This document shows positions 1-18,867 of a DNA stretch of 64,000 bases, one piece after another. Source of the stretch: the human T2T-CHM13v2.0 reference genome, Homo sapiens; assembly GCF_009914755.1 (NCBI RefSeq), contig NC_060936.1, one strand, 5' to 3'. Each line of letters opens with the position of its first letter. Position 1 is the stretch's first letter. A program made the translations under genes and the position numbers. The notes beneath the pieces are model-generated. The model did no database searches and was not told where the DNA came from. It saw only the letters and a program-made list of their open reading frames with translations.

Positions 1-204
1 ACCTCCGGGTGCAAGTGATCCTCCTGCCTTAGCCTCCCGAGTAGCTGGGAGGTGCATGCCACCATGCGTGGCTAATATTTTTTGTAAAGAAGGGGTTTTG
101 CCATGTTGCCCAGGCTGGTCTCGAACTCATGAACTAAAAGCAATCCACTCACCTCAGACTCCTAATAGTGCTAGGATTGCCTGCATGAGCCACTGCTCCC
201 GGCC
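1..204 (-). mobile_element. Alu (AluJ-like), cut by the window edge
   Basis: Reverse-complement Alu: gcctcccgagtagctggga ... gccactgctcccggcc; diverged. Confidence 0.85.
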
Positions 205-788
205 GCACCCCCCACCTTTGTACAGGGCAAAGACTTTGTTATGTATTCTTCCAGACTTTTACATTTTAGGGAGAAATTTGTGCTTCCATCGAAAACTGCA
301 TTTTATAAATTGCATCCTTCCTGGTTATCTGATTCTATGAGAGTTACTTTATAACTCTATAGGTTTGTTAGCAATGCAAAGTAATTAATACTATATTGAT
401 AACAAGATACAAGAATTAATGTAAAATAATTCTTATCTATATATATGACAATGGTCTGTTAGGGGGAGGCCAACCCACCTGCCCCACCCCAAGCCAGTTT
501 GCACAATCATTTCTACATTTGTTTACTCCACATAAATTTCTTCTTCTTTGACGCCTTTGAACAGGTTATAACATCTGCCTACTTTTCTCATTTAATTAAT
601 ACGTTAAGTAAAATCTTTAGCATTTGAGAAGATACAACTATAAATATAGCTATGATTCAGTAATTATGGGTTTCTTACATCACTGCCCATTAGTCCCCTC
701 CAGCCACCAGACCAGACTGATTATTTATGGTTTTGCTTGCTTTGCTTTTGTTTTCTAGGTGGCTATCTCTTAGGAACCCCAGTAGTTT

Positions 789-790
<2 letters not shown>

Positions 791-819
<29 letters not shown>
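791..819. repeat. (AC)n microsatellite
   Basis: About 14 AC units seen directly. Confidence 0.97.
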
Positions 820-822
<3 letters not shown>

Positions 823-949
823 GCAAGGTCACAGTCAGATCCCTGGCACGTTAATTTGGCCATTTGCCCAGGAGCAGCTGGTAGCAATCCTTGTGTTCCA
901 GCACTTAAATTTCTCCTCTCAGGTTAGGATCTCTGAGAATATAGGAAAG

Positions 950-1808
950 AAAAAAAAAAAGGAGTTTCTCCTAGTCTCTCACTAACAATCAACGTAGAAG
1001 ACTCCTGTGACCTCTGATCACCAAAATGTGTAGGGGTTTCTTCTCACCAGCAACTAATCAATCAATCCTGACCAGTTGGGTGTCTTCTAAATCAGCTCAG
1101 TTCTGACACTATCCACCTGGAGATAGCATCAGATTCCACAGGTTGAGGACTCAATTCCCGAGACTGCCCTGTTTTCCATTCAGATGCCAATTGCAAGCTC
1201 CAGGTTGTTTTACCTGTGCTTCTGACTGACCAAGCTATACATCGGGTTTCCCAAAAACCCCTCCTTGGGTTTGATGGATTTGCTACAGCAGCTCACAGAA
1301 CTCAGAAAAACACTTAACTAACCTTTACTGGTTTATTATAAAGGATATTACAAAGAATAATGATGAACACCAGATGAAGAGATGCATAGGGCATGGGGTG
1401 AGGGAAGGGGCATGGAGCTTCCAGGCCCTCTCTGAATACACCACCCTCCAAGAATCTCCATGTGTTCAGTCATCCGAAAAACCTCTGAACACTGATTTTT
1501 GGGGTTTTTATGGAGTCTTTGTTACATAAGCATGATTGATTAAACCATTGGCTACTGGTGATCAACTTAACCTTCAGCCCCTGTCCCCTCCCAGGAGGTT
1601 GAGGAGTAGGGCTAAAAGTTCGAACCAGCAAATCCTACCTTAGTCTTTCAGGTGACCAGCCCCCATCCTGAAGCCTAGAGGCTGCCAGCCGTAAGTCAAT
1701 TTATTAGCATACAAAAAGACATTTCTCACTTTGCAGATTTCACAGATTGTAGGAGTTCTTATGCCAGGAAACAGGACAAAGGCCAAATATATATTTCATA
1801 ATATCACA
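950..1808 (-). mobile_element. MER21-family solo LTR
   Basis: Ends atatttcataatatcaca (reverse complement of MER21 start TGTGATATTATGAAATAT); typical blocks cagcggctcacagaactcagg-like and gatcaacttaaccttcagccc. Confidence 0.75.
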
Positions 1809-2000
1809 GTCTCTAATTTCATTGTTCAGCTTCTCCTTCCCATAAGACTGTCAAGCCTCTCCAGAACACAGACTGTGCAGTATTGACCATTCCTTCTACT
1901 GTCCCATTTCTTAGCCCTGTCTTAGATACTCCTATCTCTGGGAGAATTTTGCTTGCATACCAGTATGTCTGTTGAAGAGAGCTCTTAATGCTAGGTCTTT

Positions 2001-3086
<1,086 letters not shown>

Positions 3087-3138
3087 TAGGGCAAGAGAAA
3101 CAAGAAGAGCTAGCCAAGAAGATAGAAAATAATGATTT

Positions 3139-4014
3139 TCAGCTCACTGCCACCTCCACTTCCCGGGTTCCCGCGATCCTCCCACCACAGTGAAGTGGTG
3201 TCATTTGCCTGGGAAAATACCCAAGGTTCATTGTCTCATACCAAGGAAATCGAAGACACGGACACACAAGAGATGAGTAAGAGCAGAGGCTTAATAGGCA
3301 AAAGAAAGAGAAAAGAGAATAGCTCCCTCTCCTGCAGAGAGAGGGGTGCCCGAGTGGGTCTTCCAGTTCCATGGTGAGGTGCACGGGTTTTATAGACTGG
3401 CTTGAGGAGGCAGTGTCTGATTTACATAGGGCCCAAAGATTGGTTAGACCAGGTGTGACGTTTACATAGCTCACGAAGAAGCTGGCCACCCCACCTTAAT
3501 CTTTTATTATGCAAATGGGTTTTCTACCTGGCCAGAGCCATGTTGCCTGTTCCTTACTGGACATGTGGTTGACAAAGAAAAGGGAAGATGGAGCTGCCAT
3601 GTTGAACATGCCTAGCCCCCAGGTAACCTTTTCCTATTGTCACAGCTGCCGGCATTCACCCATGCAAGGTTCCAGCTTGCTTATCTATGTCTGCAGCTCA
3701 ATTTTACAGGCTGACTTTTTCAAAAAGAAATGACTTGGGGACTGCTTTTCATTAAAAGGAAAACCTTACTGAGGACTTTCTTACCCTCACTATCTGCCTA
3801 AATCATTTCTTTTTAACTCCTATATCAATAGCCTCCCAAGTAGCTGGGACTATACGTGTGCGCCACGACACTCAGCTAATACTTGTATTTTTTGTAGAGA
3901 CAGGGCTTCACCATGTTGCACAGGCTGGTCTTGGAACTCCTGAGCTCAAAGTGATCTGCCTGCCTTGGCCTTTGAAAGTGGTGGGATTACAGGCATGAGA
4001 CACCATGCCTGGCC
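3139..4014 (-). mobile_element. AluJ split by an LTR
   Basis: Alu fragment 3139-3190 resumes at 3828 (atagcctcccaagtagctggg) and runs to ggcc at 4014. Confidence 0.85.
3191..3827 (-). mobile_element. ERV1 solo LTR, LTR9-like
   Basis: TG...CA termini; 4-bp TSD ACAG/ATAG; reverse strand starts TGATATAGGAGTTAAAAAGAAATGATTTAGGCAGATAGTGAGGG like LTR9. Confidence 0.75.
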
Positions 4015-4491
4015 TTCAAAAAGTTAATCTAAAAATATATATACATATATCCCAGAAGGAGAAGCAGAAGGGTCAGATAGGTGAGAACCAGGGCTTTGAA
4101 TATCAGAAAAACCAGGAAGAGATAATATGTCAAGTATGGAGTGATCAATACTCTCAAATGCCGTAAGAGGATTTGTGAGCAATTGAGAAAGCCATGGGAT
4201 TTGTTCATTAGAATGCCACTGTGAGGCTCAACTGATGAATCTCAGTAGGGTGGTGAATGTAAAGGCTAGACTATGGGAGGTTATGGGGCTGGGAGGTTGA
4301 GAGAAGGAAAATCATATTTTATACTGTTCCTGAGACATTTAATGAAGGAAAAAAAGGAAACAAAAAAGCAACTTAAAGGTTAAGTCCCACAAATGAATTC
4401 TTCAAGTGAACTGAAGAGTAGCAAAACATGCCACTCCAAACATGCCACTTTGGCATATTGATTATTTTGAGATAAAGACAGTGAAAGGAAG

Positions 4492-5291
4492 GGAAATGGG
4501 ATACTTCCCTGATTCCCCTTGCAGGACGTGCAACAGAAGTGTAGCTCACCTGTTCAGTTGCCTCACTGCTTAATCCCCTTGTGAGACAGAGAGCATGCAG
4601 ACAGGCAGGTGCAGAGGCTGGGGTGAGCGCTCTGGGGTCTGGCCCGGCCGTAGTGTCTAGGAGTGGATGCCTGCAGCCCCAGCGTTACAAAGCTTTCAGC
4701 TTGGCCGCCCGAAGACAGCTTGAATGTTAACCAGCTTAATGGACCCTTTGCCTTTTCACAAGGGCAGAGGGCCAACATGATAGCTTGCTGTATCCCGAGC
4801 TCTTGTTCAGCGTCCTGGAAAAATCAGGTCACACACGGACTCAAAGGATGAATGCGAGGTTTTATTGAGTGGTGGAGGTGGCTTTCAGAGGGATGGATGG
4901 AGAGCCAGATGGTGGGTGGATGGAATGGGAAGGTGATCTTCCCCTGGAGTCAGGCTGCCCAGCGGCTGGACTCCTTTCCTACCGCCCCCAGCTGAACTCC
5001 TCTTGGCATCCAGACGTCTCTCCTCTTCTCTCTTTCCCTGCTGTGCTGTTCCACCGTCCATCTGCTGGTCTCCTCCTCTACTCACCTGCTGCTCTGCTGT
5101 GGAGCTTGGGGTTTGCGGTTTATATGGGGGCAGGATAGAGAGTGTGGAGGGACAAAAGGCAACCTCTTTGTCTTGAAAACAGGAATGCCTGTCCTCATTT
5201 AGGGCCGCAGGTCTTCAGGCTTGAAGGTGAGGTCTTTGCCAGGGATCCACCCTCTTCTAACCAGTATTTTCCCTGTCCCCTGTCCGTATCA
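4492..5291 (-). mobile_element. LTR1-family solo LTR (ERV1)
   Basis: Reverse strand starts TGATACGGACAGGGGACAGGGAAAATACTGG; 4-bp TSD GAAG (4488-4491, 5292-5295). Confidence 0.8.
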
Positions 5292-5358
5292 GAAGCAGAT
5301 GCAGATACAAGAAAACTTCTCTGCCTGCCCTCCATATTTGCCTAAAAGCAGGACATAA

Positions 5359-5845
<487 letters not shown>

Positions 5846-6292
5846 ACCAGGACAAAAATTTTTAAAGGTGTCTGCCCTTCCCTTTCTACCAGGAAGGACC
5901 AAAGTTAATCACTGGAGACAACTGTAGATTCTTATCAGCCCAGAGATGACACCAGAGGAATCTACATTTCAAACTTCATTAACTAGCTCTTACCATCTAT
6001 TAGTTCCCCCATTTAAACATATTTACTTTCCCACAATTTATCACCCTAGAAACTTAAAGTCGTTTTCCTTTGTATTATCATTTCTCTACAAATGTTCTTT
6101 CTTATGAAGCTAGAAAAAACTGAGGCATGGTTTAAACGTCAAATAATTTATCTGAGCCAAATGTGAGTGACTGCAGTCTGAAAACACTTCCAGGTTACCT
6201 TGAGAAGTGCTCCAGAAATCAAAAAAGAGACTCGGGCCTTAAAAGAAAAAAAGGATGAATCAGGAAAGGGGCGACTAGAAAAGTTGTTTTTC

Positions 6293-7040
6293 GCTAGGTC
6301 TGGGGCTTTGGGGAGGTGGGTTTCCCATTTGCAAAATGGAACTTTAAAAGTCCACGGCACCTAACATTTCCAAGCTCCTCTAAATCTTCCAGGAAGCACA
6401 GGAGATGCAGGGCAGATGGGAGCATTCTCATCCTGCAGATAAACAGGCCTGGGGTCAGCTGGGAGGTTGGAAAGGCAGGCACTAGAATACCAGGTACTGG
6501 GTGAGTGAAAGCACAGTGTGACCTGGCAAGGGAAGGGGAGGCGAGAGCAAAGCAGTTGCTGTCTCTCCAGTTTCTCCTTCACTAACCACCTCAGCCCAGG
6601 GCCTGGAAAGAAAAAGAACTTAAGGACTTCCACAGGCTGAGACTGGATGCTGAAGGTGGACAGTGGCTCACACACCTTCTTGAAGTCAAGTGGCTCCTCC
6701 CCTGCCCACCAGATGCCAAGAGGGTCTGTTGGACCCAGACCTGTGGTGACAGCTACAAGAGAAGGAGGAGACACCAAAGTTGAGTTTGCTTTATAAGTGA
6801 CATTGCAGGCTGGGCTGCAGTGGGGGGGCAGGATGAAGATTCAGGCTGTACTTTTCAAGGGACCAAGGGCTTGGGATCCACATAGGCCTCCCACACCGTC
6901 AGATGTCAGCTCCATCAATACTGAAAGACAATAGGAGATGAGGTAGGGAGGGGGTGAGAACGTGGGGAGAGGGAAGGGAGGTGGTGGGAAAGAGAGGAAG
7001 GAAGAGGTGAGGAAAGGCAAGGAGGAAAGGGAAGGGAAAA
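6293..7040 (+). other. Orphan retro-insertion of non-TE-like sequence
   Basis: 748 bp between identical 14-mers AAAAGTTGTTTTTC (6279-6292, 7041-7054); purine/A-rich 3' end. Confidence 0.65.
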
Positions 7041-7100
7041 AAAAGTTGTTTTTCAACTATTATGATCAGTGTGATCGTATCTAAAGCAGTCTTGGAGTCA

Positions 7101-7380
<280 letters not shown>

Positions 7381-7569
7381 GACAGGCCTGAGGTCCAAAC
7401 CGAAATGGCCTCCCGACTCCATTTTATGTGCTTTGACTAACCCGTCACTGTTTCCCTTCATCATTTTGTTAAGATGCTGGACAAGCCCCAGTTCTAGCCA
7501 CCCTTTTTAGTTACTCATCACTGAATGCTCCCATGTGTATACAGGCAGCACATGTTAAAAAACTTTTTC

Positions 7570-8247
<678 letters not shown>

Positions 8248-8558
8248 TTAATCTGTCTTTTGTCAATCTAATTTACAGGGCCCAGCCTGTAAATCTAAAA
8301 TGAGTAGAAGGAAAAAGAATTTTTCCCCTCCTGGGCAGAACACTCTTGGGCACGTGAGCCTTGGCTTCTTAACCACATATCTGAGCAGCCAGTGTGGCAG
8401 TGGTGAGTGGCAGTGGAGAGACTCCAGGAAGCAGCCATTTCCCTATCCTGGGTGCTTCCTGTTTCTGTCTAATGCTACACATAGTCCATGGTTTCAGTAT
8501 GTTGTATGTGTTTGATTGTCAATCCCTGTAATTACATCCTACCTAAAATATGCATTTT

Positions 8559-9279
8559 TGTTCCCGGAACCAAGCCGGGTCCGGCTGCATTTTCTTGAGG
8601 CCCAATAACGAGAAGCAGACAGACTAGGAAAGAAGGGAATTTATTGCTGTAACCAGATACAGGCAGAAGGCTGGAGATAATTCCACCAGGCCAACTCAAA
8701 GTGTCAACAATTGTCTTAGTGTTTATATAGGTTGGGGTTATGCGCCTGTGTGCAGTGTAGCATTCGCCTAAGTCTACTGGTAACTAATTTTGTTTCAACT
8801 AGAAGGTCAGAGGCAAAAATGCTTTCTAAGTCGGATTAAGCTGTGAGCGGCCCAGTACCTACAAGGCCTGTCTACTGTGGTACCAGAGTGATTATTTCTA
8901 TCTTATCTGCTTCACAGCTTGGTCTGGAGGGCTGCCTTAGACTCTCCAATGAATCTATTCGAACAGCTGCCTCTGTTACCTTGACTGTCTCAGATTTCGT
9001 TGACCCGAGACGGGTCCTGGCACTAGGAATGAAAGACTGTCTCTATTATTTTGGTTTGCTCCAGGTTAGGGAGAAGCCCACGCAAGGCTCCTACTGACCA
9101 TATGTTTCATTTCTAGCTTTGCTGTCTGGGCACCAATTTCCCTAGGTTTAACTATTTGCTCAATGTTAAGGCAGCTCTGGGGAAATTCGTCTGTGTAACT
9201 GGGGTGCTATGCAGGCCTGTCTGTTTGACTGTCATGCAGGTCTGTCTGTGTGATCATCAGGGAGAATTGGCCGGCCACA
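8559..9279 (-). mobile_element. Complete solo LTR (LTR62/LTR64-like; subfamily uncertain)
   Basis: TG...CA termini, TSD TTTT; homologous to 61446-62172. Confidence 0.7.
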
Positions 9280-9574
9280 TTTTCAATCTTTCTCCTCTTC
9301 TGGAGAAAATAACCACTCAGTCTTTAGCGTCAGCTCACCCTTCAGGGTTTGACACCTGGAGCAGCAGTCAAAGAAGCTGAAAACAGGACCTTCCTTTCTA
9401 GGTGTTAACTTTAGCCACTGTGGTAGATGGTCCAGAAAGATGACCACTGCTAATTCCTTTCCTCCCTGAATGTGCATACTGTTGCAGCCATCAGAGGCGG
9501 AGTCGGTTTCCTTCCCTTGAATTCCGTCTGGTTTTGCGACTTCCCTTGACTAATAAACAGAATGAGGTGGAAGT

Positions 9575-10078
9575 TAAAGGGAATCACAACCCACCCTATG
9601 GTACAATGATTCTTTTAAGACATTCAAGTTATAGATGCAGAAAGAAGCCTCTTCTGAGCTTCCCTTATCTGACTATAGGCAGGGCCTTTGGAGAATGAAG
9701 CTGCCATAAATCCCCTCTCTGGGGGAGCTTCCAGCCAGGAAGGAGCCTGACTGTTAGCACCTGGGTGAGAAATTGCATAAACAAACATTATCATAAACTG
9801 TAATACCTGCCATTGGTTTCCCTAAAAGCCCATTTTTACTTCCCACAGAAGCTCTAGCTTTCCCGCTCCTTCTGCCTATTAAATTGTTGTTGTAATATAC
9901 CCTTACCCCTAGCTGTTCAGCAAGCTACTGCTTTCTAATGCTGTCACATGTATGAATATAAAGCATGTTCTTTTTCCCTCTAGTTAAACTGTCTAATGTC
10001 AGGAAATTTGCAGGCCCACTTCCTCCCCCCACCACCACTTGAACCTAATTTAGTGATGGAAAGGTTTTATTCCCAATA
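9575..10078 (+). mobile_element. MER34-related LTR
   Basis: agatgcagaaagaagcctc, cttatctgacta, tttttccctctagttaaactgtctaatgtc resemble MER34-group LTRs. Confidence 0.45.
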
Positions 10079-10552
10079 TAGTTGTGTTTTATGTTCCTGT
10101 TCTAGGCTTAAATTTTCAGGGGCCTGGAAGCTTCCATTTTTGTTTCAGGAAGCTAGATGCTATGCTTTGAAGAAGCTCAGCCAAGACAACTGGAAGAGAA
10201 GAGACTACATGGAGAGAGAAAGGCCACGTGGAGGACCACTGGGGCTCCACGCATTGAGTGAAGCCTTTTTGGACTTTTGAGCCAGCCAACTAATAAGAAG
10301 TAAAACCAACACTGTGGAGTGGCAAACAAAAGAAAATGCATTTTAATCTGGGTCTCAGGAATTGCAATTGGGAGACACAGATCCAGCAAATAGGAAAATC
10401 ATGTTCCGTCTTGGTGAGATTAGGCAGAGGCTTAGAAGGACTACTGTGAGTTTACACATCTGGAAGGTTTTAGCATAGTTCATAATGGATGATGGCTGGT
10501 TAACAATTTAGTACGTCTTTGATGATCAATCTAGTTCAGCATAGCTGTCTCT

Positions 10553-11773
<1,221 letters not shown>

Positions 11774-12344
11774 CTCTTCAGGTTGATGATCAGGCAAAGC
11801 ATAAACAGTTCAAATCAAATGCAGCTGGTTTTACAATTTGGCCCAGTTACAGTCAGATTTCATCTGAGGGTCCAACTCTTCATGCCTTCTCAACTCAACT
11901 GTTAGATACCTCCAACAAAACCATCAACCATCTCCATTGTGGATTTTCTTGTCAGAACCCCAGCCCATCGTCTCACTGAAGCCATCCTAAGTGAGTGACC
12001 ATGGCTGTCACCACATGAACTAAAAGAACCATCAAGCCAAGCCCTGTCTAGTGTCCAGACCTACAGAAACAGGAGCAGTTTGGAGTGGTTTATTATCTAG
12101 CAATAGATAACTGAAGTAGCTACATAGATAACTTTAGCATGATTTCCAGGCAAAGTGCTCTCTCCTCAGAATTTGTAAGATTCCTCCAAAGAGCAGCTGT
12201 AGAGCTGTTAAGTATCCAATCCAAACAGATGGGAGAAAAGATAAAGCTCTTGACAAGCTGCTGTGGAAAATACCAATTCATGTTATCTCTGCCTTCCTGG
12301 GAACTTGCAAATGAACCAGCCCTCAAATGCAGCTCTGGATATGA

Positions 12345-12735
<391 letters not shown>

Positions 12736-12859
12736 AGTTTAGGGTTTATAGTGTGCCAAACTACGAGATCCCTCCCAGTTCTGCTTATCTTAATGTAAAA
12801 GGACATTAAATATAAATAATATAAATTATATAATTAATGACAATTAAAATTATTTTTAA

Positions 12860-13183
<324 letters not shown>

Positions 13184-13384
13184 TAAAGAAATAATTTATG
13201 GAGAATCAAACATAAAAAGGTATAAGACAAAAAGAAAAAGTCAAATGGTGTCAAAGAATGGTGTCCCAGACTCCCAAGCAGGAATCCTTGCAGAAATTTT
13301 CCATGTTTATACAATAACCACCATAAACATTGAACATTTACTACGTGTCAAGTACTCTCCTAAACACTTTATATGCATTAATTC

Positions 13385-13905
<521 letters not shown>

Positions 13906-14366
13906 GAATTATACTCATGTAATAGTCAAAAAAACCTTATGAGGATTATTATCATAACACCATTTTACAGATAAGGAACCAGGGATAGATACAAAAACAG
14001 AGAACTCAAGTAAATTGCCCAACAAGTTATCAAGTAGTGAAACTGAGATGTAATCCCAGGCTGTCTAGCTCCAGAGTGTTTTTTAGACACTATTTTTTAA
14101 AGCACACATGTATGCATGTATGTCTTTAAAATTTTTATTTTATTTATTTATTTTTTGAGATAGGGTCTCACTCTGTTGCCCCAGCTGGAGTACAGTGGCA
14201 TGAACACAGCACACTGCAACCTCGACCTCCCAGACTCAAGCGATCCTCCTCTCTCAGCCTCCTAAGCAGCTAAGACCACAAACATGCACCACCATGCCTT
14301 GCTAATTTTTTAAATTTTGTAGAGCCAGGTCTTGACATGTTGCCCAGGCTGGTCTTGAACTCCTGG

Positions 14367-15051
14367 TGAGAGCTGAAGCCAGCTGGACTTCCTGGGTTGA
14401 GTGGGGCCTTGGAGAACTTTTCTGTCTAGCTAGGGGATTGTAAACGCACCAATCAGCGCTCTGTGTCTAGCTAAAGGATTGTAAATGCACCAATCAGCAC
14501 TCTGTAAAAACATACCAATCAGTACTCTGTGTCTAGCTAACGGATTGTAAATGCACCAATCAGCACTCTGTAAAAATGTACCAATCAGCGCTCTGTGTCT
14601 AGCTAAAGGATTGTAAACGCACCAATCAGCACTCGGTAAAATGGACCAATCAGTGCTCTGTAAAATGGACCAATCAGCAGGATGTGGGTGGGGCCAAATA
14701 AGGGAATAAAAGCTGGCCACCCCCCCCAGCCAGCAGTGGCAACCCACTCAGGTCACCTTCCGTGCTGTGGAAGCTTTTTTCTTTTGCTCTTTACAATAAA
14801 TCTTGCTGCTGCTGACTCTTTGGGTCTGCACCACCTTTAAGAGCTGTAACGCCATGAAGGTCGGCAGCTTCATTCTTGAAGTCAGCAAGACCATGAACTC
14901 ACTGGAAGGTAGAAACTCTGGACATATCTGAAGGAACAAACTCCTGACACACCATCTTTAAGAGCTGTAACACTCACCACGAAGGTCTGCAGCTTCATTC
15001 TTGAACTCAGTGAGACCAAGAACCCACCAGAAGGAACCAATTCTGGACATG
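14367..15051 (+). mobile_element. LTR12-family (ERV9) solo LTR, short form
   Basis: TGAGAGCTGAAGCCAGCTGGACTTCCTGGG start, tandem CCAATCAG U3 repeats, U5 repeats, TSD CTGG. Confidence 0.92.
14440..14715 (+). promoter_or_regulatory. LTR12 U3 enhancer/promoter with 8 CCAAT boxes
   Basis: Eight ACCAATCAG motifs followed by GGGTGGGG, gccaaataagggaataaaagc. Confidence 0.6.
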
Positions 15052-15134
15052 CTGGCATCAAGTCATCTGCTCACCTTGGCCTCCCAAAGTGCTGGGATTA
15101 GAGATGTGAGCCACTGCGCCTGGCTGTGCTGTTT

Positions 15135-15452
<318 letters not shown>

Positions 15453-15742
15453 TATGTGTATTTTTTTTTTTTTAACTCATACTGTACATGCTGTTTGGCA
15501 TCTTGCTTTTCTCACTTAACAATATCTTGCCTATCTTTCCACGTATATAAATCTACCTCGTTCCTTTAATTTGCTGTATAGTATTCCATTGTATGAATCA
15601 CCAATCAATAAATACCTAGATTGTTTCTGTGCATTTTCCCTTAAAAGCAATGCTTCACTGAGTATCCCTGTGCTGAGGTATTTGCCTGCAGACGCTCACA
15701 CAGCTAAGAATGAAGGAAAAATTATTATAAATAAAATGGTTG

Positions 15743-16372
<630 letters not shown>

Positions 16373-16764
16373 GATCAGCAACAACATAAAACCACCAAGG
16401 GCTAGAGGGACAAATTGAGGAGCCGGTGTGACCAGAGGCTAGAAGCTGGGTGGGAAGGGCTGTCCTGCCTGGTGGGAGCTGGGTCATATATGAGACAGAT
16501 GCAGCCAGCCGCTGCTGGGAAGACCCCCAGATGCAGAAAGGGGAAAGAAATATGCTGGCTCTCCCATTCAATTATTCACCCTTCAGTCTCCTGCCAGCAC
16601 TTTCCATTGGCTGATTCTAAATAAAAGCCAGTTAGCAAAGGGGCTTAGGAACTGTAGTTTGCAGGGCTCAGCCTCTGTGGGACAGAGCAGAGCAGAAGGG
16701 TAGGGAATGGGTTGGAAAGCAAACAGGAAATGACTGATGTAAAGAATATTGTGTTTTACATTTT

Positions 16765-17140
16765 GAAATACTATGCAGCCATAAAAAAGAATGAGTTCAA
16801 TGTCCTTTGCAGGGACATGGATGAAGCTGGAAACCATCATTCTCAGCGAACTAACACAGGAACGGAAAACTAAACACCGCATATTCTCACTCATAAGTGG
16901 GAGTTGAACAATGAGAACACAAGAACACAGGGAGGGGAACATCACACCCTGGAGCCTGTCAGGGGGTGGGGGGCAAGGGGAAGGAGAGCATTAGGACAAA
17001 TACCTAATGCATGCGGGGCTTAAAACCTAGATGACGGGTTGTTGGGTGCAGCAAACCACCATGGCACATGTATACCTATGTAACAAACCTGCACGTTCAG
17101 CACATATATCCCAGAACTTAAAGTATAAAAAAAAAAAAAA
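16765..17140 (+). mobile_element. L1PA 3' end (5'-truncated) with poly-A
   Basis: atactatgcagccataaaaaagaatgag...cactcataagtgggagttgaacaatgagaacac...cccagaacttaaagtata(A)n. Confidence 0.92.
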
Positions 17141-17144
17141 GCCA

Positions 17145-17720
17145 AATTGCCCACCAATGCAGCTACAAAGATTTATAGTTCCAAGTATGTCTATTTTCCA
17201 GCAAATTCCCCAGCACCATGGAGATTTATCCATCTAAGTTAAAATGGTTTTCTGCTATTTTAATTTGCATTTCCTTAATTATGAATGCAGTTGAACATCT
17301 TCTCATTTGTTTATATGCCATATTTATTTTGTTTAGTATTTAATGCATGCTATTTAATATTTATTTTTATTTTAACAGTAGGTTTATATCTTTTGCCAAT
17401 TTTCTTTTTAAAAAACCTTTTTTCCCAAATTCAAACGAGTGTCAGTAGAATGCCAATTTTCCTATTAAGTTGTTGGACTTATTACTTGTAAGAAATATAT
17501 GTGCCAATCTTAAGTGTTGCAAATATTTTTCCCCAGAATGCTCTTTGCTTTTTAACATTTTAGTCACATGTTTTACTATGCTGTTTTTAATTTTTATGTA
17601 GCCAAACATAAATCTTTTTCTTCTTCTATATCCTCTGGATTAAAGATTTTGTCTTTTGCTTAAAAAGGCCTTTTCCTCAAGATTATACAAATATTGGAAT
17701 GGAGGAATATTTTTAAATTT
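17145..17720 (-). mobile_element. Old L1M fragment
   Basis: ttttaatttgcatttcc, gttgaacatcttctcat, gttgcaaatattttcccc. Confidence 0.55.
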
Positions 17721-18867
17721 TCTTCTGTGTTTTCTCTGCTCTAGACAAAGACTAGCCCTTTGGGTCTCTTTATTCTCCCAGGTTAAAAGCTGTTTGGTTT
17801 GAGAATATTCTCTTGTACATCCTGCATTCTGTCCTCATTAATCTCCAAAGGAATTTCTTAATTAACGAGAGAAACCCTTTTTCTCTCATCTGAGATATAC
17901 AATGTAGTTAGCTTGGAAACTCTGACAAGCCTCCTTTTCTATCTCTGAGCATCTCCTCTGCCTTGTCAACTCTTGTACGCTATCAACTAGTCTAAGTTTC
18001 TATTCCAGGATGTGGATTGTAATGAAGAAGGCCTTGAATTAAAAGGGACTTGGAGACAATATTGAAATATGACTAGAGGCTCAGTTCTCCAATATATGCA
18101 AAAGTTTTCTTCTCTGCAGTAGAGATGGTGCCTACAATGATTTCACAATTCTAGCCGGTACTATGAGGTTCATAAAAACATGGTCCACAAATTCAGGAAC
18201 CATGTGTGTTTGTGTTTAACTGTTGTATTCCTGGCATTTTGCATGGTACATGGTATGGCAATGATCCTCAAAAAATATTTACTGATTTGAAGATTCTTTA
18301 AGTCAGAATGATTTGTATCTTCTCCAGCATATCTGGATCCTAAGGGGTGATGCCAACAAGAGTCCTGGAGAAAAGTGTTTCTGTTATAACGTGGCATGGT
18401 TAGGGCCTGAAGTATACATTTGCTTATATTTGCTGTATACCTTTGTGCTTTGCTCTCTTAATGATCCCCCAAAAGCTCCTTTCCCGCCTTCCCCAGGCCA
18501 CAATGTTGCAGAAAAAAAGTTCAAGAATTGCTAACTTGACTGTGACTTGAAATGATTAAAATGCATGCTTAGAAACCAGTTTCTTAAACCAGTTTCTTAA
18601 TTCACAAAGACTAGATAAAATCACAGCTGGGAATAGGAAGGAGATAGAAGAACAAGCAGCTTGATTGCAGGGGAAAGTGAAAGGAAATAGAGACTTAAAG
18701 GAAGAAGAAAGGAGAAAAAGATCTTCCATCATGAAGGCTGAATGATAGGGGAAATTTTTCACACACCCCTATAAACAAACACAGAATCTGAGGACAATCC
18801 ACATCCCACCTTTGTAGACATTTAAAGTCACCCTACCTTGATGAGGAGGAACTCAGATGCCTTGAGT

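Larger units (their letters stand above)
14131..15124 (-). mobile_element. AluJ split by LTR12
   Basis: Alu stops at gaactcctgg (14366) and resumes ctggcatcaagt (15052). Confidence 0.85.

Noticed and set aside
14440-14680. Regularly spaced repeats that resemble a CRISPR array
   Set aside because: They are LTR12 U3 tandem repeats without unique spacers, in primate DNA with no cas genes
18569-18600. Short tandem duplication AAACCAGTTTCTTA x2
   Set aside because: Ordinary slippage duplication with no further structure
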